A DNA stretch of 64,000 nucleotides from the NCBI GenBank assembly GCA_963796685.1, contig CAWCMR010000025.1, forward strand, positions 1,376,001 to 1,440,000. The letters are read 5' to 3'. The translations under genes and the position numbers were made by a program. Shown piece by piece: positions 1 through 9,441 of the stretch. Source of the DNA: an uncultured delta proteobacterium (GTDB lineage Bacteria > Myxococcota_A > Polyangia > Fen-1088). How positions within the stretch are numbered: position 1 is the stretch's first letter; every line of letters starts with the position of its first letter. The notes under the pieces are model-generated. The model did no database searches. It was not told the origin of the DNA and worked only from the letters and a program-made list of their open reading frames with translations.

Positions 1-2
1 TG

Positions 3-1028
3 CACCAGGACACCATTCGCTGTCTGTCGTCGGGCCTCGTCACCACCACGCTCGACGGCACCATCACCACCATGAACGATGCTGCTCGCGACATCTTGGG
101 AATCACCAACAGCCCGCCGCTCGGTCAGAAACTGGCTACCCACATTCCTTCACTCGACGTGGTGCTGGCCAAGGCCGGCGCGCTCGGACGCGTTCTGCGT
201 GACGAGGTGGATGCCATCCGAGCCGACGGGGTCGAGCGCCGCCTGGGTCTTTCCGCGACGCCCCTGTCCGACCACTCGGGCCATGTCACCGGACGGGTCA
301 TCCACTTCCAGGACCTGACCGATCTGCGCCAAATGGAGCAGGCGGTCGCGCGCGCCGAGCGTCTGGCCGGCATCGGTCGCTTGGCGGCCAATATCGCCCA
401 CGAGATTCGCAATCCTTTGGCCAGCATTTCCGGATCGGTCGAGGTGCTCAAACGGCTTTCCGGGGCGGACGCCGAGACCTGCAACCTGGTCGACATTGCC
501 GTGCGCGAGGTCGACCGGGTCAACGCGCTCATCAGCAACCTGCTCGACTACGCACGCCCGCGGACGGAGGACCGGCAGCGTCTCGACCTCGGGGAGATGA
601 TCGCCGAGATCGCCAAGATCTTCGAGCAGGAGCGGCGCACGAAAGAGGTGCACCTGCAACTTCACGCCCAACTCGGCGTGTGGGTCGAAGCCGCCTCGGG
701 GCAAATGCAGCAGGTGCTATGGAATCTCCTGCGCAACGCCGTGGACGCGATGCCCGACGGTGGGACGATCTATCTGTCCACGGCCAAGAAGAATGCGATT
801 CGCGCCGAGGCCATTCTCATGGTGCGCGACACAGGCATAGGCATCGCCCGGCAAGACCTCGATCACATCTTCGAACCGTTCTTTTCCAAGAAGGTCGGCG
901 GGACGGGCCTTGGCCTCGCGACCACGGCGCGCATCGTGGAGGATCACGGGGGCACGATAGACGTGCTCAGCCAGCTGGGCAAAGGCACGACCTTCACCAT
1001 TCGCATGCCCGCGGCGTGCGCGGCGTGA
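3..1028 (+). CDS. PAS-domain sensor histidine kinase (PilS/NtrB-like), 5' end outside window
   Basis: H-box AHEIRNPL, N-box QVLWNLLRNA, G1 DTGIGI, F-box FEPFFS, G2 GTGLGL; frame is open back to position 3 (HQDTIRCLSSGLVTT...). Confidence 0.9.
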   Translation, partial: HQDTIRCLSSGLVTTTLDGTITTMNDAARDILGITNSPPLGQKLATHIPSLDVVLAKAGALGRVLRDEVDAIRADGVERRLGLSATPLSDHSGHVTGRVIHFQDLTDLRQMEQAVARAERLAGIGRLAANIAHEIRNPLASISGSVEVLKRLSGADAETCNLVDIAVREVDRVNALISNLLDYARPRTEDRQRLDLGEMIAEIAKIFEQERRTKEVHLQLHAQLGVWVEAASGQMQQVLWNLLRNAVDAMPDGGTIYLSTAKKNAIRAEAILMVRDTGIGIARQDLDHIFEPFFSKKVGGTGLGLATTARIVEDHGGTIDVLSQLGKGTTFTIRMPAACAA

Positions 1029-1071
1029 TCGAAGAGAGCGGCGCAGAGCCGGCGGAGATCGCAGAGCCAGG

Positions 1072-3432
1072 TTGGCAAGCCTGCAAACTCCCATTACACT
1101 AGACGACTTTGTCGTGAAGAACGAAGTCCACGAACGCAGCGCCGCCCAGACCGCTGCAATGGCCGATACCAGCCCCCCGGCGATTGTCGCCGAAGAGGAA
1201 GCCCTTCTTCGCGTGGTGCTGGCCAAAATCGATTCGCCACAGCAGCGCTCGCGTACGCCCGTCGACGACACGGCATCGCTCATCGAGCTGCGCGATGCCC
1301 TGGCCGAGGCCAAACCCGAGGATCAGGGGCCGTTGCTGGAGCAGATGCATCGAATCGAGGCGCTGTCGCGCCAGCGCGGCCGCGGCGAAAGCGTTCCCGT
1401 GGACCGGCGGTCACCCTATTTCGGACACCTCCGTCTGCTGCAGGACGGACGCCGCCGGGACGTCCTCATCGGTCAGCGCGGATACGTAGAGCCTGGCGGT
1501 GGCGTGCAGATCGTCGACTGGCGAAACGCGCCCGTTTCCCGTCTGTACTATCGCTACGACGAGGGTGACTCCTTCGAGGAGAGGCTGGGTGAACGTGAAG
1601 TGGCGGGCGAGGTGCTCGCGAGACGAACGGTGACCATCGTGGACGCGGAGCTCCGGCGCGTTGCTTCCGCACGCGGGATCTTTTCCCGCGAGCCCCCGGA
1701 CACCACTTGGCGCAGCCTGGATCTCGACAAGGTCCGGCTTGGGGTTGCGGCGTGGGCCGGCTCGTCGGTGCCCGGGCCGCGGGCCGAACAGCGATCGCGT
1801 CTTGGTTTCGAAAGCCACGGGCAGCGCCGGGCGGATCGCTTTCTGCCCGCCATCGCCGCGCTCATCGACCCTCGGCAGTTCGAGCTGATCTCTCGGCCAA
1901 GCTCGGGCGTCATCGTGGTACAGGGCTCGGCGGGCAGTGGCAAGACCACCATCGGTCTGCACCGCATCGCCTACCTGAATTTCACCGAGCCCGGATATTT
2001 TCGGGCGGAAAGCATGCTGGTCATCGTCTACCAGCGCGCGCTTGCGACCTATGTCTCGCGGGTCTTGCCCGAGCTGCAGGTGCCGGGCGTGAAGGTTCGG
2101 ACCTTCGCCCACTGGGCCGAGGAGGTGCGGCGTTCTTCGCTGGCGGGTCTATCCTGCGACATCACAGAGGACACGCCGCCGCTCGTGATGCGCGCGAAAT
2201 CGCACGGGGCGATGCTGGCCATCTTGGCCGACCGTCAGGAAGAGATGGCGCGCTGGTGCCGGCACACGTTGGAATCGCAGCTCGACGGCGGGCCCGAGGC
2301 CCTTGCCCTGCTCGCGATCTGGGATCGGAGTCGCGGGCCGGTGGACGCCCGGGTCACCGAGCTGGCTCGCTGGGTGAAGCAGGCCGCGCTGCCGCCTCTT
2401 TTGCGCACGCGTATCGAAGCCAGCGGCGCGCGACTGCGCGAGCGCACGCGCGACGTGATCGGAGAATGGGCCTCGTTGCTCACCGATCGCCAGGCGCTTG
2501 CGCGTGGATTCGCCAAACACGCCCCAGGGCTGCTTTCCGACGGCCAGATCGAAAGCCTTCACCGCTGGTGCGTGGATCGCGAACGCTTGCGAACCGGGGC
2601 GCCAGGCGCCCAGGATGACGGCGAGTCCTACGCCCTCGATGCCGAGGACGAGGCCCTGCTTCTGCGCATCCACCAGCTTCAGCGCGGACCCTTGCAGGGC
2701 TCCCAAGGCCCGCTCGACTATCGCCACCTGATGATTGACGAGGTGCAAGACTTCGCTCCCGTGGAGCTGGCGGTGCTGCTCGACTGCACGACGGCGCGCC
2801 GATCGATCACCCTGGCCGGCGACACCAACCAGGGCATCGCACCCGAACATGGTTTCGTGAGCTGGACCGAGATGCTCGAACGTCTGGGCCTACCGCACGC
2901 CTGCGTGGAGCCCCTGCGCATCAGCTATCGCTCCACCCGGCAGATCGTCGACTGCGCCCTGCATGTGCTCGGCCCGCTCCTGGGCGACGAGCGGCCGCAA
3001 GTTCCGCGTCAGGGCGCCGAGGTCGAGAGCTTTCGTTTCGGCTCTTCGGGCGAGGCATGCGAGCTCCTCGTGCGTGTCCTGCGCGATCTCATGCACCGAG
3101 AGCCCTTGGCGTCGGTGGCCCTGATCGCTCGCCATGCCGAGCAGGCGAGTTTGTACTTCGAGGCGCTCTCGGCGGCGGAGGTACCCGGGTTGCGGCTCGT
3201 GGCCGATCAGGACTTTTGTTTCCGGCCCGGTATCGACGTGACCGACGTCAAACAGACCAAGGGGCTCGAATTCGACATCGTGATTCTGCTCGATGCGAAT
3301 GAGGAGTCGTATCCGGACAGCGAGCATGCGCGCAGGCTTTTGCACGTGGCCATGACCCGCGCAGCCCACCAGTTGTGGATCACGTACACGGGATCCCCTT
3401 CGCCGCTCTTGCCCGAATCGCTCCGGCGATAG
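1072..3432 (+). CDS. HelD/UvrD-like superfamily 1 ATPase
   Basis: SPYFGHL, IVDWRNAPVSRLYY, Walker A GSAGSGKTT, IDEVQD, GDTNQ, SYRST, KGLEFD, HVAMTRA; start codon uncertain. Confidence 0.85.
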   Translation: MASLQTPITLDDFVVKNEVHERSAAQTAAMADTSPPAIVAEEEALLRVVLAKIDSPQQRSRTPVDDTASLIELRDALAEAKPEDQGPLLEQMHRIEALSRQRGRGESVPVDRRSPYFGHLRLLQDGRRRDVLIGQRGYVEPGGGVQIVDWRNAPVSRLYYRYDEGDSFEERLGEREVAGEVLARRTVTIVDAELRRVASARGIFSREPPDTTWRSLDLDKVRLGVAAWAGSSVPGPRAEQRSRLGFESHGQRRADRFLPAIAALIDPRQFELISRPSSGVIVVQGSAGSGKTTIGLHRIAYLNFTEPGYFRAESMLVIVYQRALATYVSRVLPELQVPGVKVRTFAHWAEEVRRSSLAGLSCDITEDTPPLVMRAKSHGAMLAILADRQEEMARWCRHTLESQLDGGPEALALLAIWDRSRGPVDARVTELARWVKQAALPPLLRTRIEASGARLRERTRDVIGEWASLLTDRQALARGFAKHAPGLLSDGQIESLHRWCVDRERLRTGAPGAQDDGESYALDAEDEALLLRIHQLQRGPLQGSQGPLDYRHLMIDEVQDFAPVELAVLLDCTTARRSITLAGDTNQGIAPEHGFVSWTEMLERLGLPHACVEPLRISYRSTRQIVDCALHVLGPLLGDERPQVPRQGAEVESFRFGSSGEACELLVRVLRDLMHREPLASVALIARHAEQASLYFEALSAAEVPGLRLVADQDFCFRPGIDVTDVKQTKGLEFDIVILLDANEESYPDSEHARRLLHVAMTRAAHQLWITYTGSPSPLLPESLRR

Positions 3433-3446
3433 GGGAGGGTTCGCGA

Positions 3447-3770
3447 CTAGCCTTGAAAGAAGCGATTCAGTGCCCAGACTTCGCGGGCGCGTAAACCTTG
3501 AAAACGAATGCCCATGCCGCTGGGCTGGCCAGCGCCGCCAGGTTCGACCCAGCGTACCTCGCCGCTGACCATGATCGGCTCGGGCTGGGTCGGGATCTGG
3601 AAGCGAACTTGCAGCCGAGTTTGCAGCGGAAAAATCTCGCTGGTCTCCACGAAGAGACCACCCAGAGAAATATTGACCGTGGTAGCCGCGCGTATTTGGT
3701 CGCCAGCGATGACCTCGACGTCCAAGCGACGCGCATAGCGGGGATCTGTTCGACGAAAGTTATCTGACAC
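3447..3770 (-). CDS. Single PilZ-domain protein (TIGR02266-like)
   Basis: RRTDPR, NISLGGLFV, GEVRW, GMGIRF. Confidence 0.85.
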   Translation of the reverse strand: MSDNFRRTDPRYARRLDVEVIAGDQIRAATTVNISLGGLFVETSEIFPLQTRLQVRFQIPTQPEPIMVSGEVRWVEPGGAGQPSGMGIRFQGLRAREVWALNRFFQG

Positions 3771-4032
3771 CTAGTTTGCCTCTCGGGTAGCGTGAGCCGA
3801 TTGCCGCCCGGCCCTTGAGTTTAAGGACTGTTGGCCGGCGAATCAATTGCTTCCAAGGCCTTCGGGGGGTTCCATGGGTTCAACACCCGCGGCGCACCGT
3901 GCCTCGCGAGAATGAAGGAGCCAGGCCGCTAGGCAGTGTCTTTCCTTTGAGAATTGGGTAGTATGTGCGACATCCGGCGGCGGCAGTCAGTCGCCAGCCA
4001 CTTGCCAACCATTTTCTCGCCCCAACACGACC

Positions 4033-4623
4033 ATGGACAAGGACCAAGAGCGCAGTTTCCTGGAAACACTTGCGCGGACCTTGGTTTCGCTGCCCTTCGA
4101 TCTCAAGGTTCTTCTCGAGGCGGTGTCGGATCCGGACCTCGAGCACGACGCTCGCGAAATCGCGGCCGCCGCAGCGGTGTACATCATCACGCCGCGTGAA
4201 GGGAACGTCGAGCCCTATCTGCGTTACGGCGAGGATGCCATCGTGCTCCGCCTCGCGGCGAAACACGTGCTGGCAAGCGGGGGCGAAAGCGCGCCCCTGT
4301 TCAAGGAGCGCTTCGAGGAAGAGTTCGGCCGCTTTTCCAGCGAGTTGGCAGTATTCGAGCGCGCATGCGGCCAACCCTTGATGGCTTGGTTCGACGGCCG
4401 CTGGGCCACGCTGCGCAAGGCAGCGTATGCACGCAAGAAGATCTCGCAGTTCGTCGACGACCAAGAGGTCGGGACATTCCTTTACGACGAAGGCCTCAAG
4501 TTCGGCACCAACTACCCCATTTCGGAAAAAAGCCTGGCCGGTCGTCTCAAGCAGGCCCAACCGACCCTCGACCACTTACGGAAGAAGTGGGACCAAGACA
4601 AGAAGAAGATCCCCCAAGCGTAG
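4033..4623 (+). CDS. Hypothetical protein (possibly DUF1232/YkvA-like)
   Basis: 196-aa ORF with protein-like composition; no firm motif. Confidence 0.65.
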   Translation: MDKDQERSFLETLARTLVSLPFDLKVLLEAVSDPDLEHDAREIAAAAAVYIITPREGNVEPYLRYGEDAIVLRLAAKHVLASGGESAPLFKERFEEEFGRFSSELAVFERACGQPLMAWFDGRWATLRKAAYARKKISQFVDDQEVGTFLYDEGLKFGTNYPISEKSLAGRLKQAQPTLDHLRKKWDQDKKKIPQA

Positions 4624-4699
4624 GGTATTACGGCTGGCGTAGGTTCAAGCGAACGTAGGTTCATTCAGGCTCAGGTTTTGCGAGATCGGGTTTTGATCC

Positions 4700-5623
4700 A
4701 TGCGTGAGGACGCAGTGCCGTTCGGCGCCGGCGCGGAGGCGATTCTGGATGTGGCGGTCCACTTGTCGAGCTCTGGCGCGGACGTGGCGCCCGAGGTGAC
4801 CCAGGCCGCACGACTCGCTGCTAAGGATTTGGCAGCCTTGCCGCCGGCTCGCCAGCGCCAGGCAATCGAGCTCGTCATCATGGGGCCGTTCGTGGCGCAA
4901 GCGCTGCAATGGCTCCACGATGCCGGGGTGCTGGCCGCGCTTTTACCCGAGCTCGAAGCCACGGTCGACTTCTCGCAGGAGGCCGGGCGCAGACACAAGG
5001 ATGTCTGGGAGCACACCAAACAGGTCGTGATGCAGGCGCCCGAGCGACCGCTGGTGCGCTGGGCTGCCTTGCTCCACGACATCGGCAAGGTTTCCACACG
5101 CGAGTTCCTGCTCGACGGTCGCGTGACCTTCCACCGTCACGCCGAGCTCGGGGCACGCATGTTCGGCCCCATCGCCCGCCGCCTCGGTTTCGAGCGCGCC
5201 GATCGGCAGAAGATTCAGGCGCTCATCCTGCATCACCTGCGCGCCAACGCCTACGAGCCCGAATGGACCGACGCTGCGGTGCGTCGATTCGACCACGAGA
5301 TGGGAGACCTCCTCGAGGATTTGGTCGGCCTCTCTCGCGCCGATGTTACCTCGGCCCGTCCCGGCCGTCGGCAAGAGGCCGCTCGCAACATCGAGGCTCT
5401 CGTGCAAAGGATCTTCGCCGTACGCGAGCTCGACGCGCGCGTGCCGCCCCTGCCACCGGGTGTGGGCAACGCCATCATGCAGGCCTTCAACCTTGCGCCG
5501 TCCCGCCGGGTGGGTGAGCTGCGCAAGCTGTGCGAGGATGCCATCGAGCGCGGCGAGCTCAGCGAGCGTCAACCCTCCGAGTACTACGTGGACTATCTGC
5601 GCCGACAAGGCATCACCGGATAG
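4700..5623 (+). CDS. HD-domain phosphohydrolase resembling the body/HD/tail of CCA-adding enzymes, without the nucleotidyltransferase head
   Basis: LLPEL, HKDVWEHT, WAALLHDIGK, FHRHAELGA, WTDAAVRR, LSRAD, tail GNAIMQAFNLAPSRRVGEL. Confidence 0.8.
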   Translation: MREDAVPFGAGAEAILDVAVHLSSSGADVAPEVTQAARLAAKDLAALPPARQRQAIELVIMGPFVAQALQWLHDAGVLAALLPELEATVDFSQEAGRRHKDVWEHTKQVVMQAPERPLVRWAALLHDIGKVSTREFLLDGRVTFHRHAELGARMFGPIARRLGFERADRQKIQALILHHLRANAYEPEWTDAAVRRFDHEMGDLLEDLVGLSRADVTSARPGRRQEAARNIEALVQRIFAVRELDARVPPLPPGVGNAIMQAFNLAPSRRVGELRKLCEDAIERGELSERQPSEYYVDYLRRQGITG

Positions 5624-5626
5624 AGC

Positions 5627-5801
5627 GCGTAGGCGGAGGCCGGCTTTGCCGGCCGTAGCCAGAGCGCGGGGCCGAGCGCAGCGAGCGGGGTGGTGGGTGT
5701 CGGGTAGGGGCCGAGGGTTTGGCGAGGCCGCGCGAAGCGCGGGGGAGGCAGGGCGGGCTGGCGGGTGCCGAGTGCGCAGGGAACCCTTCCAGGGTTCCCA
5801 T
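5627..5801 (+). repeat. Composite REP-like unit, copy 1 (uninterrupted)
   Basis: GCGTAGGCGGAG-hairpin(GGCCGGC TTT GCCGGCC)-GTAGCCAGAGCGCGGG ... GGGAACCCTTCCAGGGTTCCCAT; both ends recur in copy 2. Confidence 0.8.
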
Positions 5802-5812
5802 GATCGATGATT

Positions 5813-5850
5813 GCGTAGGCGGAGACGGGCTTTGCCCGTCGTAGCCAGAG
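5813..5850 (+). repeat. REP-like unit copy 2, left part (5' exon of the intron)
   Basis: GCGTAGGCGGA-GACGGGC TTT GCCCGTC-GTAGCCAGAG directly before the intron start. Confidence 0.85.
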
Positions 5851-7927
5851 GTGCGTCCGGCATGGACGCAGAACAAGAGGTGAAGCCATGAAATAGCCAA
5901 GTCCTCTGGGGACCCTGACGGAGGGAACCTCCCACCTACGAGACAAGGGCGCCGGTCTGGAGCACCAGGCCAGACGGGCCGCAAGGCCCGTCTCCCGCGA
6001 GGAGGTGTCTGGTGGAAGTCTATGGTGCAGCGCCGAACCGAACGAAAGTGAAGCGCCGTAAGGCGTGGGTACCGCTGGGCAAGCTGGCCTTCGGCGGCAA
6101 AGCCCAATATTCGTCGGGCGGCCCGCGTAGTGGCGACGGAGTCGGTGCGAAGTTCTGCGTTCTTACCCGGAGAGACCTCTTGGCCTCCGCGGCGAGGAAT
6201 CGCAAGCGGAATTCATCGAGAACGAAAGGACGAGATGAAGAAGGGACAAGAGGAGTCGGATGGTCGCGTAATACCGGAAGGCCGGCGAAAGCCGGTTCCA
6301 ACCGCCAGAAGGCGGGGAGGGAAGGCGACCACGGCCAGCAAAGAGGCAAGGCAGCTCGGACTGTTTCCCGAGACAGCCGACAACCCGAAAGGGTCCACCG
6401 CCCAAGCGGATCCGGGCCAACCCGTGCCTGCGCGGAGCGAGGTGCCGAAGTCGGGGAACGAGGAAGAGAGGACCTTGCCGCCCATGACGATGGAGGAGGT
6501 AGCGAGCGAAGGAAACCTGAAAAGAGCGTTCGAGCAAGTGAAGGCCAACAAAGGCGCACCTGGACCGGACCGGCAAAGCGTGGGGGAAGTGGCGAAGGGG
6601 TTGGGGACGCTGATACCGGCGCTGTCGCGGTCGCTGCTCGACGGGACATACCGAGTCGGAGACATCCGGCGGGTATGGATACCGAAGAGCGGTGGCGGGC
6701 GGCGGGGCCTTGGCATACCGAACGTGGTGGACCGCGTGGTTCAGCAGGCCGTGCACCAAGTGCTCGGTCCGCATTATGAGCCGACGTTTCACCCGTCGAG
6801 CCACGGTTTCCGACCTGGGCGCAGCCTGTCACACGGCCATCGCCGAGGCCAAGCAGTATCTGGAGGAAGGGTACGAATGGGTGGTCGACCTCGACCTGGA
6901 AAAGTTCTTTGACTGGGTCCACTGGCAACGGCTGGTGGCGCGGCTAGAACAGAGGGTTAAGGACCGGCGGCTCATCGAGCTCGATCTGGCAGATGCTGAA
7001 AGCCAAGGTGGTGATGCCCGACGGAGTGGTGGTGGCGACGGAAGAAGGAGTGCCACAAGGTGGTCCGCTTTCGCCGTTACTGAGCAATATCGTGCTGGAC
7101 GAGCTCGACCGCGAGCTTGCCCAACGCGGTCACCGCTTCGTGCGCTATGCGGACGACTGCAACATCTACGTCGGAAGCGAGCGCTCGGGTCAGCGTGTGA
7201 TGGCCAGCGTGGTCAAGTTCATCGAAGGCCGGATGCGGTTGAAGGTGAACTTGGCCAAGAGCGCGGTGGCCCGACCGGAAGAGCGGCACTTTCTGGGATT
7301 CCGGCTGCGGCGCGAGCCGCTGACGGGGGAAGCGGAGGTGCTGCTGTCGGCGCGGAGCAAAAGCCGCATTGACGAGAAGGTCCGAGAGCTGACGCCGCGA
7401 AACCTTGGGCAGTCCCTCAAGGGCTGCATCAAACAGGTCAACGCGTATTTGCTCGGATGGATCGGCTTCTTCTGTATCTGCACGGCCGCGGAAGAGCGGA
7501 CGCTGCAGGCACTCGACGCACACATCAGGCGGCGGCTGCGAGCGATAGTGCTACGGCACTGGAAACGCAGACGCTTCATCGCACGACACCTCATCAGCCT
7601 GGGGGTGAGACCGAAAACCGCGTGGCAAGGGGTCTACAAGGGGCATCGCTCCTGGTGGGCGCTGAGCCACACATCGGTAGTTGAACGAGGACTGCGCAAC
7701 GCATATTTTGCCGAACGCGGGCTTGTCAGCCTGGCCGAGCGGTGGAAGGACCATCACGCCTTGGACTTCATGGACCCGGCCCTGGAGCCAGGATAGCTGC
7801 GGGCAGCAATGCCGGCGCTGGACTACGGGTCGCTCCCGAACGCCAGCGTCCCGAAGAGCCGGATGTGAGGCCCACAAGTCCGGTTCTGTGAGAGCTGGGG
7901 GAGGGTAACCTCCCCTGGCTACTCGAC
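5851..7927 (+). mobile_element. Group IIC intron (ribozyme plus RT/maturase ORF)
   Basis: 5' end GTGCGTCCGGCATGGACGCAG; IIC-like TTCTTACCCGGAGAG junction; short domain V GAGCCGGATGTGAGGCCCACAAGTCCGGTTC; domain VI hairpin ending CTACTCGAC; removing it restores the repeat seen at 5627-5670. Confidence 0.92.
6484..7796 (+). CDS. ltrA: Group II intron reverse transcriptase/maturase, no endonuclease domain; two apparent +1 frameshifts (about 6825 and 6982)
   Basis: NKGAPGPD, RGLGIPNVVDRVVQQA, SHGFRPGRS, VDLDLEKFFD, GVPQGGPLSPLLSN, RYADD, FLGF across three frames; start uncertain (6235 possible). Confidence 0.9.
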
Positions 7928-7963
7928 CGCGGGAGGGTTTGGGAACCCTTCCAGGGTTCCCAT
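7928..7963 (+). repeat. REP-like unit copy 2, right part (3' exon)
   Basis: CGCGGG continues the repeat, followed by GGGAACCCTTCCAGGGTTCCCAT identical to 5779-5801. Confidence 0.8.
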
Positions 7964-8011
7964 CTTAGTTGGCTCATTGGCACTGGCGATTCGGCTCCGG
8001 TTGTGGGAAAA

Positions 8012-8107
8012 GGAGGGCGGTCCCGGGCGACGGAACACTTGCGAACCCCGCCAGGCCTGGAAGGGAGCAACGGTAGCTTGTCGACTGGGTGCTCGGGACC
8101 GTTCCTT
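8012..8107 (+). ncRNA. ffs: Signal recognition particle RNA (small bacterial type)
   Basis: Helix-8 core CCCCGCCAGGCCTGGAAGGGAGCAACGG; closing stem GGCGGTCCCGGGC/GCTCGGGACCGTT; ends approximate. Confidence 0.9.
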
Positions 8108-8236
8108 TGTCCTGGCGGCGCTAAAGAGCGCGCGACCGACGGGATGCCCGCCGCACGCGGCGCGGCTACCAGATAGAGACGTGGTGGGCGAAAGACCTGC
8201 TAAGATCCTCCCGATGATCGCCATCAAGGAGGGCCG

Positions 8237-8500
8237 ATGCCTCGCCTAGTCAAGTGCGCCAAGTTGGGGCAGGAGCTGCCCGGGATGAGCTACAAGCCCT
8301 TCAAGAACGAGCTCGGGCAACGGATTTACGACAACGTCTCGCAACAGGCGTGGATGCAGTGGATTGAGTTCTCCAAGCGCATCGTCAACGAGTTCCGCTT
8401 GGACCTCGGCACAGAGGCCGGCCAGAAGCTTCTCTTCGAACAAGCCGAGCAGTTCTTTTTCGGCACGGGCGCGAGCAATCCTCCCGACTTCGTGCCCTAG
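8237..8500 (+). CDS. yggX: Fe(II)-trafficking / oxidative damage protection protein (YggX family)
   Basis: VKCAKLG, ELGQRIYDNVSQQAWMQW, NEFRLDL, FFFG. Confidence 0.9.
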   Translation: MPRLVKCAKLGQELPGMSYKPFKNELGQRIYDNVSQQAWMQWIEFSKRIVNEFRLDLGTEAGQKLLFEQAEQFFFGTGASNPPDFVP

Positions 8501-8518
8501 ACGCACCCATTCGGATCC

Positions 8519-9379
8519 ATGGCGGAAGCAAAGGGCAGCAAAGAATCCGGTTCGATTCCGGGGGCTCTGGCGAGTGGCCGGCCATCCAGACCTTACTCGA
8601 TCTCCGACTCCGGTCCCCTGTCCACCGGAGAGATCCCTCGCGATCGACGTGTGCCTGTCGTCGCGCAGGTGAAGGTTCGCTACAGCAGTATCCTCGACTT
8701 TCATGACAGCCAATCGCTGAACATCAGTCGCACCGGGATGTTCCTCGCCTGCGACAACCCCGGCTCCGTGGGCTCCATGGTCGAGTTCGAGCTCGCGCTC
8801 GAGGACGGGCTCTCGTTGCTCAAGGGCAAGGGCGACGTGGTGAGGGTCACCCGCAGTCCGTTTCCCGGCATGGGCGTGAGATTCCGCGAGCTCGACAACG
8901 ACAGCCGCAAGTGCCTGGAAGGAATCGTGGCCACCAACGAGAAGGAAGGTCGGACGCCGAAGGTCCCGCTCGACTTCGTCAGCGACACTCGGCCCGCCGA
9001 GGGCAAGCCGGTTACCCCTTCGCCCATGCGCGCGTCGCACCCGCTCCACGGCGCCACGCGGCTTCAGCCGGGACTCTCGGTCGTCGGTAAGGATATGCAC
9101 GTCCGCCTGACCCCGCTCACGGTCGGCTACTTCACCAACAACCCGCTCATCAATATTCGCTTGGGCGGGTTCGTGATACCCATCGAGGAAGAGGCTTCGC
9201 TGGGCGCGGCCTTCGACGTGGCCATCCTCGACAACGACGGAGTTTCGCTCTTTCACGGCAAGGGCAAGGTAGTGGCCAAGGACGGGCACCGCATCGGCAT
9301 TCGCCTGGCCGACATCGACAAGGGCGTGCTTTCGCGCTTGCAGGCCGAGGTTGCCAAGCTGAGCCCGGGCGGCCGGTAG
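8519..9379 (+). CDS. PilZ-domain protein (TIGR02266-like) with a second PilZ-like domain
   Basis: RDRRVP, NISRTGMF, GDVVR, GMGVRF; C-terminal LGGFVI...GKVV...IGIRL. Confidence 0.8.
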   Translation: MAEAKGSKESGSIPGALASGRPSRPYSISDSGPLSTGEIPRDRRVPVVAQVKVRYSSILDFHDSQSLNISRTGMFLACDNPGSVGSMVEFELALEDGLSLLKGKGDVVRVTRSPFPGMGVRFRELDNDSRKCLEGIVATNEKEGRTPKVPLDFVSDTRPAEGKPVTPSPMRASHPLHGATRLQPGLSVVGKDMHVRLTPLTVGYFTNNPLINIRLGGFVIPIEEEASLGAAFDVAILDNDGVSLFHGKGKVVAKDGHRIGIRLADIDKGVLSRLQAEVAKLSPGGR

Positions 9380-9441
9380 GGGCGCATCTTCGCCGCGTCT
9401 TCGCCGTCGACTGTGGTGGCCAGAGTGGATACACTGGGCGC

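Noticed and set aside
6484-7796. RT as a retron, DGR or defence RT
   Set aside because: It is enclosed by clear group II intron 5' and domain V/VI sequences and has a maturase-type C-terminus; no template/variable repeat pair or msr-msd was seen
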